Positions 1 through 10,106 of a stretch of DNA of 64,000 bases are shown here, one piece after another; within the stretch, counting starts at the first letter, position 1; every line of letters starts with the position of its first letter. The position numbers and the translations under genes are program-made. This DNA is from Methanothrix sp. (GTDB lineage Archaea > Halobacteriota > Methanosarcinia > Methanotrichales > Methanotrichaceae): contig JBAXWY010000005.1 of the NCBI GenBank assembly GCA_037128175.1, positions 1 through 64,000 on the forward strand, read 5' to 3'. The notes beneath the pieces are model-generated. The model was not told the DNA's origin. It was given only the letters and a program-made list of their open reading frames with translations, and searched no databases.

Positions 1-54
1 AATGATTATATATAAAACCTTATCCTTAGGTTTATATCAGCCCAGCTGTACTAG
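1..54. mobile_element. Right end (terminal inverted repeat) of an IS/MITE-like element
   Basis: 31-54 TTTATATCAGCCCAGCTGTACTAG matches the MITE terminus at 9921-9944 (TTTATTTCGGCCTCGCTGTACTAG) at 20/24 positions and ends in CTAG. Confidence 0.6.
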
Positions 55-3000
55 GGTCCATGAATATCCATTTTGGACAGTCTGCGCAGCCCAGCAGGCC
101 ATAGAATCAAAAATGGGAGCCAAGAACATCATTGCTGAGGACAGGCTGAAGCTTATACCTCTCCTTAACGATGAGAAGGACTATTATGAAATCGTCCTCT
201 CCCGCGTTAGGGAGATAATAAAGCCCGAGGCAATAACTAGCTATTACTCTTTTTACAAGCGTGGTTTTACCTGGCCAAACAACATCGGCGAAGATGAGTT
301 CAGACGCTTCTTCCCCTTCCACAAGCCTGCTATAGAGGTCCTAAAAGCTCTAACCTATGAGCTTACTACTACCAGGTCAGCCATACATTTCATGCACCAG
401 ACTCTCAGGTATCATATGAACTCAAATGGAACCGAGCTCATACGCCTCTGGGATTTTTTTGATAAAGCCCTGACTTACGAGGAGGACCCAAGTGGTACCT
501 ACGCAGGTATAGTGGCGCTGAAGACTAAGAAAGATATAGAATACAGGATCTATGAAGACTGCCGGAGGCAGATCGATGGAATCACCAAAGGCACCCTCAA
601 GGTTCATAGGGATAAATCCATAAAGGTCCTTCAAACCCTGTTTCTATATTACGTCTCGAAAACGCGTCAGCAGGGCTTAACTCCCGAGGAGATAGCCAAT
701 TCAGTGCTGATTGAGAGAAGTCAGGACGCAACCATAGATGAGAACAATTTGCATTACGAGAGCATAACAGATGCCCTCAGCAAAGAGCTACAGCAAATCG
801 TCATCACCCATGATGAAGATAATCGGCCGAGGTTCAAGTTCGATCCTATTCATACTACAGTCGTACCAAAACGCGAGTTTGATCGGGTTAGAACTGAGGC
901 TGAATCAAACCTGCTTATGCAGCAAGAGGCCTGGAATCATCTAATAGCTCTTGATTATTGGCCCGTACCTATCCGTTCTCGCCAGATAGTTTATGATCTA
1001 TCAAATAAAGTGGAATCGATATTTCGGGATATTGCTCCATTTATTGGACCATGGGAGGAAAGGGATAAGTCCAAGGCTGGACCCCAGAATCTTCTCGTAA
1101 ACTGGCAAAACCGCCAGATCGCGGGAAGAATTGAGATGCTGGATCTGGGAAGGGTAGTATCCGATAGCCTGATTTTACCAGCCGTCGCCAGCCCGGATTC
1201 CGACTTGGACTTCGCGGTCTTTGTGGGAACTAAGCCTTTAGACCAGAACACCCTCAACAAGATACTCTTGCAGAGAAATGACCCAAGAATTATCATCTGG
1301 ACGCCGGACGAGTTGACCACGGAGGAGAGAGATCGGCTCTTCGACTTCGCCGCCTACAGGAAGCTCGTCTTCGATAACCTTGAAAAGGACAGCGAAGACG
1401 CCATCGCCATCATAAACTGGGTAGCAGATCAACTCCAGACAGAGATGGGCAGAATTATCAAGATAGTGGACAGCAGCTACGACCGGGGCCGGATGGACGC
1501 TCTCAACAACACCAGGATGGACTTTCATGTGGCCGGAGAGTTGCCGGGAATTCTCACATCCATCGTCGATCGTGTCTTAAGGGCTGCTTACGACTCCAGG
1601 GATATTGAATTTGAGGGAAATCTGGTCTTCACCAAAGAGTACGGAGTAAACGTCATAAACGGCATCGTCAAGACCGGCCAGATCCCCAAGGGTGCCAAGC
1701 AGGATAAAAACATCAGCGCAGCCCTGAACTTCGGCCCAGGCTTGAAGATCGTCCGGAGAGGCGCCGAAAGAGTTTTGGATACATCTGCAAACAGTCACGT
1801 TTCCGATATCCTGTCCTTCATCGAATCAAAGAGCGACGAAGGCGGCCAGGCCATCAAAATTGACACCCTGATGAAGAACTTCATGGGCGTGGGTGGGCCC
1901 AATGGCAAGAACTACGGCCTCTCCCGCCGCATGGTCCAAATCTATCTCCTCTGCCTGGTCCAGCAGGGCAAGATCAGAATAGCTCTGGGGCCAAAGTCCG
2001 GGATTTCGTCTAACTATATCGATTACTCGAACATATCAAATACAGACTTCACTGCCAGAGTACTTGACTCCATGCTGGAATTGCAGCGCCTGGCCAAACC
2101 TGAAAACTGGGAAGTTTTGCGCCCTTATGCCGAGAAGCTACTCGGGCACGAACTGAAGAATACCAACGATGATGCCATCATCTCGGGGTACCGCAAGGAG
2201 CTTGTTGAGATCTTCGAAAAAGAGAGAGATCAATCTTCAGAAGTCCTGGCAAAAGCTAAAGAGCTTTTCTCTCTTCTAGCCGCGAATAACCCCTATGAGA
2301 AAGAGGTAGAGCAGGCGGCTGCCTTCTTTGCCAACGATCTTCGCGGCGGCAAGGACATCGAGGCTGTGCTCTATGCCTTAGACCAGGCCTTTGGATACAG
2401 AGTCTTCCAGCAGATCAGCCCGGACCAAAGAGAGATAGATGATCTGGCCAATCGGCTGGACAACTACCATAAAATAAGGAGATTCCTCGAATTCGAGAGG
2501 GAGCTGGAGACCATGCATACATACTGCAACTACACTATCCCGGACCAGCAGGAACTGTCATCCCTCCGCGAGATGCAAAAGGCTCTATCCTCGAAAATGA
2601 ACAATCTGCAGCACTATATCGATTCGGAAGTGAAACTCAGCTCAGAACTGATCGGCAAGAATCCTCCACAGGCAGGAGAGTCCGGGACGCTGTGGTCCCT
2701 CATCCACGAGTACACCATCAAGTATGCTACCATGCACGACAACGTCCTGGTGAGGATCGACGAGAACCGTCGCATGATCCGGGAGATACTTCAGAGCAAT
2801 GAGATGAAAGCCCTTGGTGTCCTAGAAAAGATCAACGCAATTCAACAGAACGATTCCGTGGAAATCAAAGCAAGGCTCCAGAAACTATATGAGGAAATCT
2901 TCTTCTGTCCCGAACAATCCCGGTCGTCTATTGATAAAGATCTGAAGGTCAAGCCGGAACACGGTTGCGCCCTCTCCTTTGGTAGCGCATCCAAGCATCT

Positions 3001-3397
3001 TGACTTCGCTTCTCAGAAGTCTGAAGAGGCTCAGAGGATCTTCGATGATGCCATCAACAAGAAGATGGAGTTCTTCTTAATCCCTGGAATTAAAGAGAGG
3101 CTGAGGCAAGGAGAGAACGAGCCTGAAATCGCAGCCCTGCTAAAATGCCAGAGCCCGAGCGAAGTTAGGTCTTACCTGACAGAAAGCAGCCTCCTAGATC
3201 CAACCTTAGTAGACAAGATAAACAAGTATCTGTTGAGAGTTTTTGTCAAATCGGTACGCATCTCGGACTTCAAGCCGATCACCAGGACAATCGAGCGAAA
3301 TCAGATCGACGGCCTGGTCTCTGCCTTCAAGAAGTTCCTGGAGGAGCAGTTTGAAGACGATGATCCCGATTCAAGGCAGATGCTCCAGTTGGAATGA
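53..3397 (+). CDS. BREX-associated BrxC-like / DUF6079-like large ATPase, N-terminally truncated (3' part only)
   Basis: The 1131-aa ORF has no recognisable Walker A, is largely helical/coiled-coil and lies directly upstream of pglZ-brxL. The first ~17 codons derive from the element end. The family call rests on context and partial motif memory (FPFHK). Confidence 0.6.
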   Translation, partial: RVHEYPFWTVCAAQQAIESKMGAKNIIAEDRLKLIPLLNDEKDYYEIVLSRVREIIKPEAITSYYSFYKRGFTWPNNIGEDEFRRFFPFHKPAIEVLKALTYELTTTRSAIHFMHQTLRYHMNSNGTELIRLWDFFDKALTYEEDPSGTYAGIVALKTKKDIEYRIYEDCRRQIDGITKGTLKVHRDKSIKVLQTLFLYYVSKTRQQGLTPEEIANSVLIERSQDATIDENNLHYESITDALSKELQQIVITHDEDNRPRFKFDPIHTTVVPKREFDRVRTEAESNLLMQQEAWNHLIALDYWPVPIRSRQIVYDLSNKVESIFRDIAPFIGPWEERDKSKAGPQNLLVNWQNRQIAGRIEMLDLGRVVSDSLILPAVASPDSDLDFAVFVGTKPLDQNTLNKILLQRNDPRIIIWTPDELTTEERDRLFDFAAYRKLVFDNLEKDSEDAIAIINWVADQLQTEMGRIIKIVDSSYDRGRMDALNNTRMDFHVAGELPGILTSIVDRVLRAAYDSRDIEFEGNLVFTKEYGVNVINGIVKTGQIPKGAKQDKNISAALNFGPGLKIVRRGAERVLDTSANSHVSDILSFIESKSDEGGQAIKIDTLMKNFMGVGGPNGKNYGLSRRMVQIYLLCLVQQGKIRIALGPKSGISSNYIDYSNISNTDFTARVLDSMLELQRLAKPENWEVLRPYAEKLLGHELKNTNDDAIISGYRKELVEIFEKERDQSSEVLAKAKELFSLLAANNPYEKEVEQAAAFFANDLRGGKDIEAVLYALDQAFGYRVFQQISPDQREIDDLANRLDNYHKIRRFLEFERELETMHTYCNYTIPDQQELSSLREMQKALSSKMNNLQHYIDSEVKLSSELIGKNPPQAGESGTLWSLIHEYTIKYATMHDNVLVRIDENRRMIREILQSNEMKALGVLEKINAIQQNDSVEIKARLQKLYEEIFFCPEQSRSSIDKDLKVKPEHGCALSFGSASKHLDFASQKSEEAQRIFDDAINKKMEFFLIPGIKERLRQGENEPEIAALLKCQSPSEVRSYLTESSLLDPTLVDKINKYLLRVFVKSVRISDFKPITRTIERNQIDGLVSAFKKFLEEQFEDDDPDSRQMLQLE

Positions 3398-3406
3398 GGT
3401 GGCAAC

Positions 3407-6301
3407 ATGCTGAAAGATTGGGTCTTATCAAAGCTTGAAGATGTAAAGGATAGTCCTCGGGTTCTTGTAAGCGACCCCTTGCAGCTCCTCAAGCCTGACA
3501 GCGTCATCAATGAGTTTGCCACAAGTAATGGTTTCACCGCAATACCTGCCTCTACTAACCTTGTCTTCCGCGAGCTTTATGATGCGGCCAGTTCTGATCC
3601 GGAAACGCCGAAGATACTTCTCATTGATCGAACTCCAGAGTCTCGGAGGGCTAGGTCAGCGATAAACAAGGCTCCTCCTCTCTTCTATCCGGATTTCCTG
3701 GCCAAAACACCCCAGGAGGCCAGGATACGACTGGATCTTCGTCAGTTCCTGAAAGAGAAAACCGGGGACCCAAACTGGCCTGCAGAAGCTAATGAATCCC
3801 GCTATGCGAGGTTGATCGTCAAGAACATCGAAGGAACGCTGCGCGCTCATTCCAACCTCCGGACTGCAGACGAAAGACGTTTCACAGATCATGACTTCAA
3901 GACCATTGTCGCCTTCGCAACCCTCGGCGTGCCCGAAAAAGCCTTTAAAAAGCTCGATTCAAGGGACCTCTGGACGATAGGACTTTTAAAGCATGAAGAG
4001 CTGAGGGTGCTCGAATATTTGGCTGCGGATATTATCAAGCCCATCAAGGACCAGTTCTCGCAAGCAGAACCTCCCTTCTGCTGGTTTGGCGATCATGATC
4101 CAGAGAGGGTCATCAGAGCTTTTTATCTGTCTGCCATCCTGGCCCAGCACTTCGACAACTGGCAGCTAATGCTCGCCAACATCGACCCGTTGTTGAAACC
4201 ATTATCCAACATAAAACTGGAGGTCCTGAAAGAGGCAGCTCCAAAGCTGGTTGAGCTGGATTTCCTACAGGCCGACTCTGACTTGAGCGACTTGGAGGAA
4301 TCTCTCTCTCAGGAGTCCCTGAAACTCCTGCTCATCGACCAGATGAAGATAATGGATGCTAAGAATTTTGCCTCTGTGATTGAGAAGGAAGAATATTCAA
4401 CTTTTCTCAGATCTCTGGCACTTCTTGCGGCTCTTGAGGATCTTCTCACAAGTGAAGCGAGCCCGACCGAGCATAGAAAGATCAATGAAGTAATCTTTGG
4501 TGGTCATAAAGGTGCCAGGTTTGTAGATCTTCGGGAATCGAGCTCCTGGTCAAATCTCAAAACGGCATACCATCTGGCCTATGAGATCCGCCGGCTTAGA
4601 AGCTCTCTCTTCGAAGCTCTCCGTAAGATGCGGGTTACCAAGGATGATTTCGCTTTCGAGTTTTTCCGCGATCTCTGGAACAAGAAGGAGATCAATCGAC
4701 TTGAATACAATCTCTCCCGCTTGGCAAGGCTGGCAGAAGGCCAGAAGCTCTTGCCCTGTTCCAGCGATAGGCTGCCAAAGGTATTCCTGGAATCTCTTGA
4801 TCACATAAAGCAGCGGATACAAGAGGTCACGGAGAAGACAAATGATCTGCTGGACGAAATCAACCTTCGCTTCCAGGAGATGGTCAAGAAACAGTATCCT
4901 TCATGGATCGAAAAGGATGGCGATGTAATCCTGACCAGCCAGATCCTGAGAAGGTGTATCAAACCCCATTGGGACCCTGAGAAAGAGAAGGCAGTCCTGT
5001 TTATCTTCGACGGCATGCGATATGATATCTGGGATGAGCTCTTTCGTCCCATGCTGATGGGACGCATGGATTTGATCAAGGACTATCCAGCATCCTCGCT
5101 TCTGCCATCCGAAACCCATATCACAAGAAAAGCGATCAGTGCTGGAGCCAATCCGGATGAGTTTGATTCTCGTCGTGGTGAAGATGATCTTTTAAAAGAG
5201 GCGCTGGCACGCGAGTTTCGCTATGCTGGCCAAGTTGATGTGGTAAATCCCGATGGAGCCGGCACTGGCGAAACCGTGCACTATCGAGCCGGGAACCTCG
5301 ATGTTTACATATTCGAACTCTGTGATAAGGAGTTGCACAAGATCAAGATGAAAGAGCTCTCCGATGGCAGACTCATTCCATCAAGGCCGATAGCTTTCAT
5401 TTATACGCAGCTCATCAAAGACATATTGAAGAACGAAGTTATGGAGATTGTCCGCGGCCTTTCGCCCGGGACGAAAGTATTCATAACCGCAGATCACGGC
5501 TTCGTTCAGGTGGGCCGTGAGCCGATATGGTTCAATGAAGAGGATTTGAATGACGAGTACGACTGCTCCTATTTGAACTGCCGGCTAAAGCAATCTCTTC
5601 TCTTCTCAAGGATTCCTGACCGGATCAAGGAGAACATGATAAGTTTCACCCCATCTCAGCTTCGAATGCCCAGCAAAGAGGTTATCATTTCAGACCGAAG
5701 AACGAACACTAAGATAACCAAAACATATCAATCGATCGTGTTCCCTAAAATCAGATATTATTTTAGCAGAAAGGGGGGTCATAAGCCTGATGCCTTTACT
5801 CATGGGGGAATCTCTATTCAGGAGATGATGATTCCCATGTGTGTCCTGCAGGTCAAACAGCCCGATGCCGGTGAGCTGAAAATTGAACTGCATGGACCCA
5901 AAGAGGCTGTCGAGGGTGAAGAGGTTGAATTAGGCATAATTCTGAGCCGTCCTGATGATCGCGAATCGGCTCAGGACCTGCGTGTTGACATTGAGGCCAG
6001 CTACAACTGTGGCCAAGATGAAATGGCATTACCCCTAAAAGTGGCTTATTTGTCTGCCTTGTCTGAGAAAGTGGTCTTTTATCGATTTGTCCCAGACATG
6101 ACTAAATTGCCACCCTCAGAACGACTCAAAGAGGATATAAAAGTCATTATAATTGTAACTGTAAACTACAAAGAAGGCCGCAGAGCGGCACGTAGGTCAC
6201 TATCCCATGAGTTCTGGGTCAGGATCAACTCCGAGAAGATCATTAGGCGCATGGGCAACTTGGGCAGCATCCTGGGACTGACTCCAAGAGGCATGAGGTA
6301 A
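3407..6301 (+). CDS. pglZ: PglZ-domain alkaline-phosphatase-superfamily protein (BREX)
   Basis: Motifs FIFDGMRYD, LLPSETHITR, ITADHGF and FTHGGISIQEMMIP; RBS-like GAGGTG upstream. Confidence 0.9.
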   Translation: MLKDWVLSKLEDVKDSPRVLVSDPLQLLKPDSVINEFATSNGFTAIPASTNLVFRELYDAASSDPETPKILLIDRTPESRRARSAINKAPPLFYPDFLAKTPQEARIRLDLRQFLKEKTGDPNWPAEANESRYARLIVKNIEGTLRAHSNLRTADERRFTDHDFKTIVAFATLGVPEKAFKKLDSRDLWTIGLLKHEELRVLEYLAADIIKPIKDQFSQAEPPFCWFGDHDPERVIRAFYLSAILAQHFDNWQLMLANIDPLLKPLSNIKLEVLKEAAPKLVELDFLQADSDLSDLEESLSQESLKLLLIDQMKIMDAKNFASVIEKEEYSTFLRSLALLAALEDLLTSEASPTEHRKINEVIFGGHKGARFVDLRESSSWSNLKTAYHLAYEIRRLRSSLFEALRKMRVTKDDFAFEFFRDLWNKKEINRLEYNLSRLARLAEGQKLLPCSSDRLPKVFLESLDHIKQRIQEVTEKTNDLLDEINLRFQEMVKKQYPSWIEKDGDVILTSQILRRCIKPHWDPEKEKAVLFIFDGMRYDIWDELFRPMLMGRMDLIKDYPASSLLPSETHITRKAISAGANPDEFDSRRGEDDLLKEALAREFRYAGQVDVVNPDGAGTGETVHYRAGNLDVYIFELCDKELHKIKMKELSDGRLIPSRPIAFIYTQLIKDILKNEVMEIVRGLSPGTKVFITADHGFVQVGREPIWFNEEDLNDEYDCSYLNCRLKQSLLFSRIPDRIKENMISFTPSQLRMPSKEVIISDRRTNTKITKTYQSIVFPKIRYYFSRKGGHKPDAFTHGGISIQEMMIPMCVLQVKQPDAGELKIELHGPKEAVEGEEVELGIILSRPDDRESAQDLRVDIEASYNCGQDEMALPLKVAYLSALSEKVVFYRFVPDMTKLPPSERLKEDIKVIIIVTVNYKEGRRAARRSLSHEFWVRINSEKIIRRMGNLGSILGLTPRGMR

Positions 6302-6351
6302 CTAAGCATGAAAAAGCTATGCGATAAATCGTGGGTAGGAGATGGAGTGCT

Positions 6352-8391
6352 GTGAATACAAAGCTCAAAGAGGTTTTCAAAGGCAAGGTCGTCAATAAGG
6401 CTCACACCCTTAACACAGGCGTTGACGAATTCCCACGATATGTTCTGGAGTACCTCATCGACAATTTCTGCTCAGAAGAGACTTTCTACGCAGATATGGG
6501 CAAAGTTATTCTTCGTTTGAAGGAAAATTTTGTCCATGGTGCTGAGGCGGAGAAGATACGCCATTTCATAAGAGAGAACCGCCATCATACTCTAATCGCT
6601 AACATGGAAGCCCGGTTGGTCGAGACAGAGGATAAGTACTGGGCGTCTATCTCTGCCATAAACGAGAGCTTCGTTAACATTCCAGAAAGCATTGTCAATC
6701 AGTATCCCATGCTCTTATCTGGGGGCATGTGGGGAACCCTCGAACTGACCTACGATGAGACCGAGATCCATAACAAGAAAATCCGTCCCTTCAAGATCGT
6801 TGAGTTCACTCCGTTCCAGGTCAGCGTCATAAATCAGCAAGAGTACATCGATAAGCGTTCCAGATTCGCGACGGATGAGTGGGTAGACGTCCTGATAAAC
6901 TCATGTGGTTTGAATCCGGATAAGTTGACCCGTAGGCAGAAGCTTCTCTACCTATGCAGATGCATCCCCCTGGTCGAGACAAATGTGAATCTTATTGAGC
7001 TAGGGCCGCGCGAGACAGGAAAGACCTATCTCTACAGGAACATCTCTTATTACGCCCATGTTCTATCGGGCGGCAAGGCTACTCCTTCCCAGCTCTTTAT
7101 CAACCTCAACACCGGCAAGATCGGGGTTGTAGGGACAAGGGATTGCGTCGTTTTTGACGAGATAGCCAATACGGACTTCACGGATACCAAGTCTTTCGTA
7201 AGCATCATGCAGGCCTACATGCAGGACGCCAAGTTCAGCCGCGGAAAGAAAGAGATACTGGCCTTCGGCAGCCTGGTGTTCGTTGGGAATCTGGATGTCC
7301 AGGGCAATCTTCCCCATGAAAAGTACTATCATCTCTTCGAGCCACTCCCGGACTTTCTTCAGGTCACCGCCTTTCTGGATAGGATTCATGGTTATTTGCC
7401 CGGCTGGGAGATCCCCAAGTTGACACCAGAGAGCTATGCCAAAGACTATGGTTTTATCACGGACTACTTCTGCGAGATCATGCATGAACTCAGGCGAACG
7501 GATCCGATGAACGCTGTGAGATCCCGCTTCGAGCTTGTAGATAGAGGTGGAACTGGTAGAGGAGTCTCTGGCCGAGATCAGCGTGCAATAATGAAGCTGG
7601 CATCCGGACTTATGAAGCTCATTTATCCTGATGGCAAAGTAACTGACGGAGAACTGGAAGAGCTTCTCACTATCGCATGTGAGCTTCGTCAACGGGTTCG
7701 TGAGCAGCTCCACCTGATTGCCGCAGGAGAATACGAGCGCATAAATTTAGGGGCGAAGATCCTTTCTACGGGCAAAGTGGTCACACCCGAGCTACCGGAC
7801 GCTAATAGAATTCAGAAAGTTGCGTTGCCTCTACAACCCTCTGTGGGAGAAGTCATCGGTTTGGCAGTTGCGGGCGACCATGGTTGCATACTGCTCTTTG
7901 AGATGCAGGCAACAAAGGGCACCGGCCGTATCGTTCCCCTTGGTTCCATTCAGCGGGTAATGAGGGAGAGCATCGAAGCTGGAGCCCAGTATATAAAAGC
8001 CAAACATCAAGTGCTAGGGATTACTGAGGAGTGGCGTAGCAGTTTTGATGTCGCGGTGCTGGCAACGTTTATGGGCATTCCCAAAGAAGGGCCTTCTGCT
8101 GGAGTCACCCTTGTAACAGGTATAGTCTCCGCATTGAAAGGCATTCCCATAAGAAATGATCTGGCAATGACAGGCGAGATCACTATCATGGGCAAGGTCC
8201 TTCCAGTGGGGGGCATTCAAGAGAAGGTGAGAGCTGCATATGATGCGGGAATTAAAGAAGTGCTTCTGCCGGAGGACAATTTGAGAGATGCCCAAAGCCT
8301 TCCGTCGTATATTCTCGATGCGATTAAAATAACTCCTGTAAAGAGCATTGAAGAAGTATTAGCGCATGCACTATTGCCAAGGCAATGCTGA
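6352..8391 (+). CDS. brxL: BREX Lon-like protease/ATPase BrxL
   Basis: Motifs [19 protein letters not shown] (Walker A), VVFDE and AFLDRIH; C-terminal Lon domain PKEGPSAG...GGIQEK with the Ser-Lys dyad intact. The GTG start after GGAG is inferred. Confidence 0.92.
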   Translation: MNTKLKEVFKGKVVNKAHTLNTGVDEFPRYVLEYLIDNFCSEETFYADMGKVILRLKENFVHGAEAEKIRHFIRENRHHTLIANMEARLVETEDKYWASISAINESFVNIPESIVNQYPMLLSGGMWGTLELTYDETEIHNKKIRPFKIVEFTPFQVSVINQQEYIDKRSRFATDEWVDVLINSCGLNPDKLTRRQKLLYLCRCIPLVETNVNLIELGPRETGKTYLYRNISYYAHVLSGGKATPSQLFINLNTGKIGVVGTRDCVVFDEIANTDFTDTKSFVSIMQAYMQDAKFSRGKKEILAFGSLVFVGNLDVQGNLPHEKYYHLFEPLPDFLQVTAFLDRIHGYLPGWEIPKLTPESYAKDYGFITDYFCEIMHELRRTDPMNAVRSRFELVDRGGTGRGVSGRDQRAIMKLASGLMKLIYPDGKVTDGELEELLTIACELRQRVREQLHLIAAGEYERINLGAKILSTGKVVTPELPDANRIQKVALPLQPSVGEVIGLAVAGDHGCILLFEMQATKGTGRIVPLGSIQRVMRESIEAGAQYIKAKHQVLGITEEWRSSFDVAVLATFMGIPKEGPSAGVTLVTGIVSALKGIPIRNDLAMTGEITIMGKVLPVGGIQEKVRAAYDAGIKEVLLPEDNLRDAQSLPSYILDAIKITPVKSIEEVLAHALLPRQC

Positions 8392-8464
8392 TGCTGCTCA
8401 GCGAGAGGGGAGTGCCTCTGGACTATACAACCGATGATGCTAAAAAGGATCTCCACACGCTGAA
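8385..8464 (+). repeat. Diverged direct-repeat copy of the 3' end of the UPF0175 domain (8890-8970)
   Basis: ATGCTGATGCTGCTCAGCGAGAGGGGAGT(G/T)CCTCTGGACTA... occurs at both 8385 and 8890. Confidence 0.9.
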
Positions 8465-8550
8465 AGTTGAGCTGGGTTTATAATCATCGCTGCCAGCTCC
8501 TCACTAATATCGTTAGCAGCGCTATAAAATATAAGGTAAGTGAAAAGCCC

Positions 8551-8988
8551 ATGTCCACGGCAAAGCTTGATGAAAAGGGCAGGATCGTGCTCCCCGCCGA
8601 TTTGATAGCCAGGCTTAAAATGAGCCCAGGCGACGAGTTTGTCATAGGCGAAGCCACAAGCGACTCGATACTTCTGAAGAAGAGGGACCTGCGAACCACA
8701 TTGGAAGGCGTTATAAAAGAGGCCGAGAAAGTGGATCTCGATAAGATTGAGAGGGATGTCGAGGAAGAGGGCAACAGGATCGCACGAGAGAGGTATGGAA
8801 AGCGCTCTTTAGCAGTGGACCTCTACCGGGAAGGCAGGCTCTCCCTGGGCAAGGCAGCGGAGCTGGCCGGGGCCAGGAGCAAGTGGGAGATGCTGATGCT
8901 GCTCAGCGAGAGGGGAGTTCCTCTGGACTACACAGTCGATGATGCCGAAAGGGATCTCCAGACGCTTGAATCTGTTCTGGGAAGATAA
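8551..8988 (+). CDS. AbrB/MazE-like antitoxin domain fused to a UPF0175 HTH domain
   Basis: N-term AKLDEKGRIVLP...MSPGD (AbrB); C-term LAVDLYREGRLSLGKAAELAG...LLSERGVP (UPF0175). Confidence 0.8.
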   Translation: MSTAKLDEKGRIVLPADLIARLKMSPGDEFVIGEATSDSILLKKRDLRTTLEGVIKEAEKVDLDKIERDVEEEGNRIARERYGKRSLAVDLYREGRLSLGKAAELAGARSKWEMLMLLSERGVPLDYTVDDAERDLQTLESVLGR

Positions 8989-9100
8989 TTGCCATTCCAT
9001 GCCCTCCTACCGTAAGGTTAAGATCGCTGAGAATGGCATGCTTTTCTTGCTGACCGGTTATCATAATATTAGGAACCTATCGGAGCAGCAGGTCGAATTC

Positions 9101-9463
9101 ATGCGTGGAAAAATTGCCTCAGGTCTCGGTCAGGGTCAGTACTTCATCTCCCGAGAGGGCTACAGCCGCCAGTTCCTGGAGCACTTAGGCTTCGTCCCCT
9201 TCCCCGGCACCCTGAACGTGCGGCTGGAAGAGCCCTTCCCAGCGGAGAAGCCAGCGATCCGGATCGAGGGCTTTGCCGAAGAGGGCAAGAGCTTTGGCGA
9301 GTGCAAGTGCTACCGCATCAAACTGAACGGGATCGAAGCCGTTGTGGTCCGGCCCGAGAAGAGCCGCTATCCGCCGGAGCTGATCGAGATCGTAGCGCCC
9401 GTGCAGCTGCGCCGAGCGCTGGGGCTGGAAGACGGCGATCCTGTTGAGGTAATATTATTATGA
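9101..9463 (+). CDS. ribK: CTP-dependent riboflavin kinase (DUF120)
   Basis: Motifs GKIASGLGQGQYF, LGFVPFPGTLNV and ELIEIVAPVQLR; no HTH N-domain. Confidence 0.88.
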   Translation: MRGKIASGLGQGQYFISREGYSRQFLEHLGFVPFPGTLNVRLEEPFPAEKPAIRIEGFAEEGKSFGECKCYRIKLNGIEAVVVRPEKSRYPPELIEIVAPVQLRRALGLEDGDPVEVILL

Positions 9464-9511
9464 TAAGAGAACGTGGTGCAACTTTTCAGATAATCTAAAA
9501 CACTGAGGCAT

Positions 9512-9694
9512 TCAAGTTCTCTGAGTCGTCTTTCTCTGTTCGTCCTTTAATGATTGAGTGTCGATCTTCCATCCTTTTAAAAGGCCAAAGAGGCTCTTTT
9601 TCGTTAGTTCAATGTCTACCACCTCTCCCTCCACCAGGTCCAGCTTATCAAGAGGCCTCAGAACATTGTTTTCATATCTTGCCTTCACAATCAT
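9512..9694 (-). CDS. DUF104 / AF2212-like putative antitoxin
   Basis: IVKARYENNVLRPLDKLDLVEGEVV is typical of DUF104. Confidence 0.8.
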   Translation of the reverse strand: MIVKARYENNVLRPLDKLDLVEGEVVDIELTKKSLFGLLKGWKIDTQSLKDEQRKTTQRT

Positions 9695-9760
9695 CCCATC
9701 ACCAGTGTAGTGGCCTCTCAAGTTTAAATAATTAGCCTGGAAACGTTATCAAGCGGATAG

Positions 9761-9944
9761 CCAGTATAGCCAAGCCTAATTTAAGCCATGATTTTGAGTG
9801 GACAATGTGCCTTGCCTTTGTGAACGTCTGACCGTTCTTCGCGCCCGTCGAGGCTTCGCGTGAGATTCAACCGGGTCCGGTTTCACGCGAAGGCGCGAAG
9901 CCGCGAAGTAAAAACATTAGTTTATTTCGGCCTCGCTGTACTAG
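9761..9944. mobile_element. MITE (family A), copy 1
   Basis: Imperfect TIRs CCAGTATAGCCAAGCCTAAT / ATTTCGGCCTCGCTGTACTAG; internal CACGCGAAGGCGCGAAGCCGCGAAG; a closely similar inverted copy lies at 19658-19827. Confidence 0.85.
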
Positions 9945-10012
9945 AGACCGACCCGCCCCCCCGCGTCCGCGCGCGTGGCCCCGGATTCTCGATGCATATG
10001 GGTTTCGAAAAA

Positions 10013-10070
10013 GAAATGGCGGCGGCGCACCCGCGCTGCAAGCTGCTGCATATCCAGGGCGCCGCCGCAT
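10013..10070 (-). repeat. Partial copy of hairpin repeat family C
   Basis: GGCGGCGGCGCACCCGCGC..CAAGCTGC..CCAGGGCGCCGCCGCAT is the reverse complement of ~51418-51475. Confidence 0.75.
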
Positions 10071-10106
10071 CTTTGACTTTGAACTCAGTTCAGTCACTTG
10101 CTTTTT

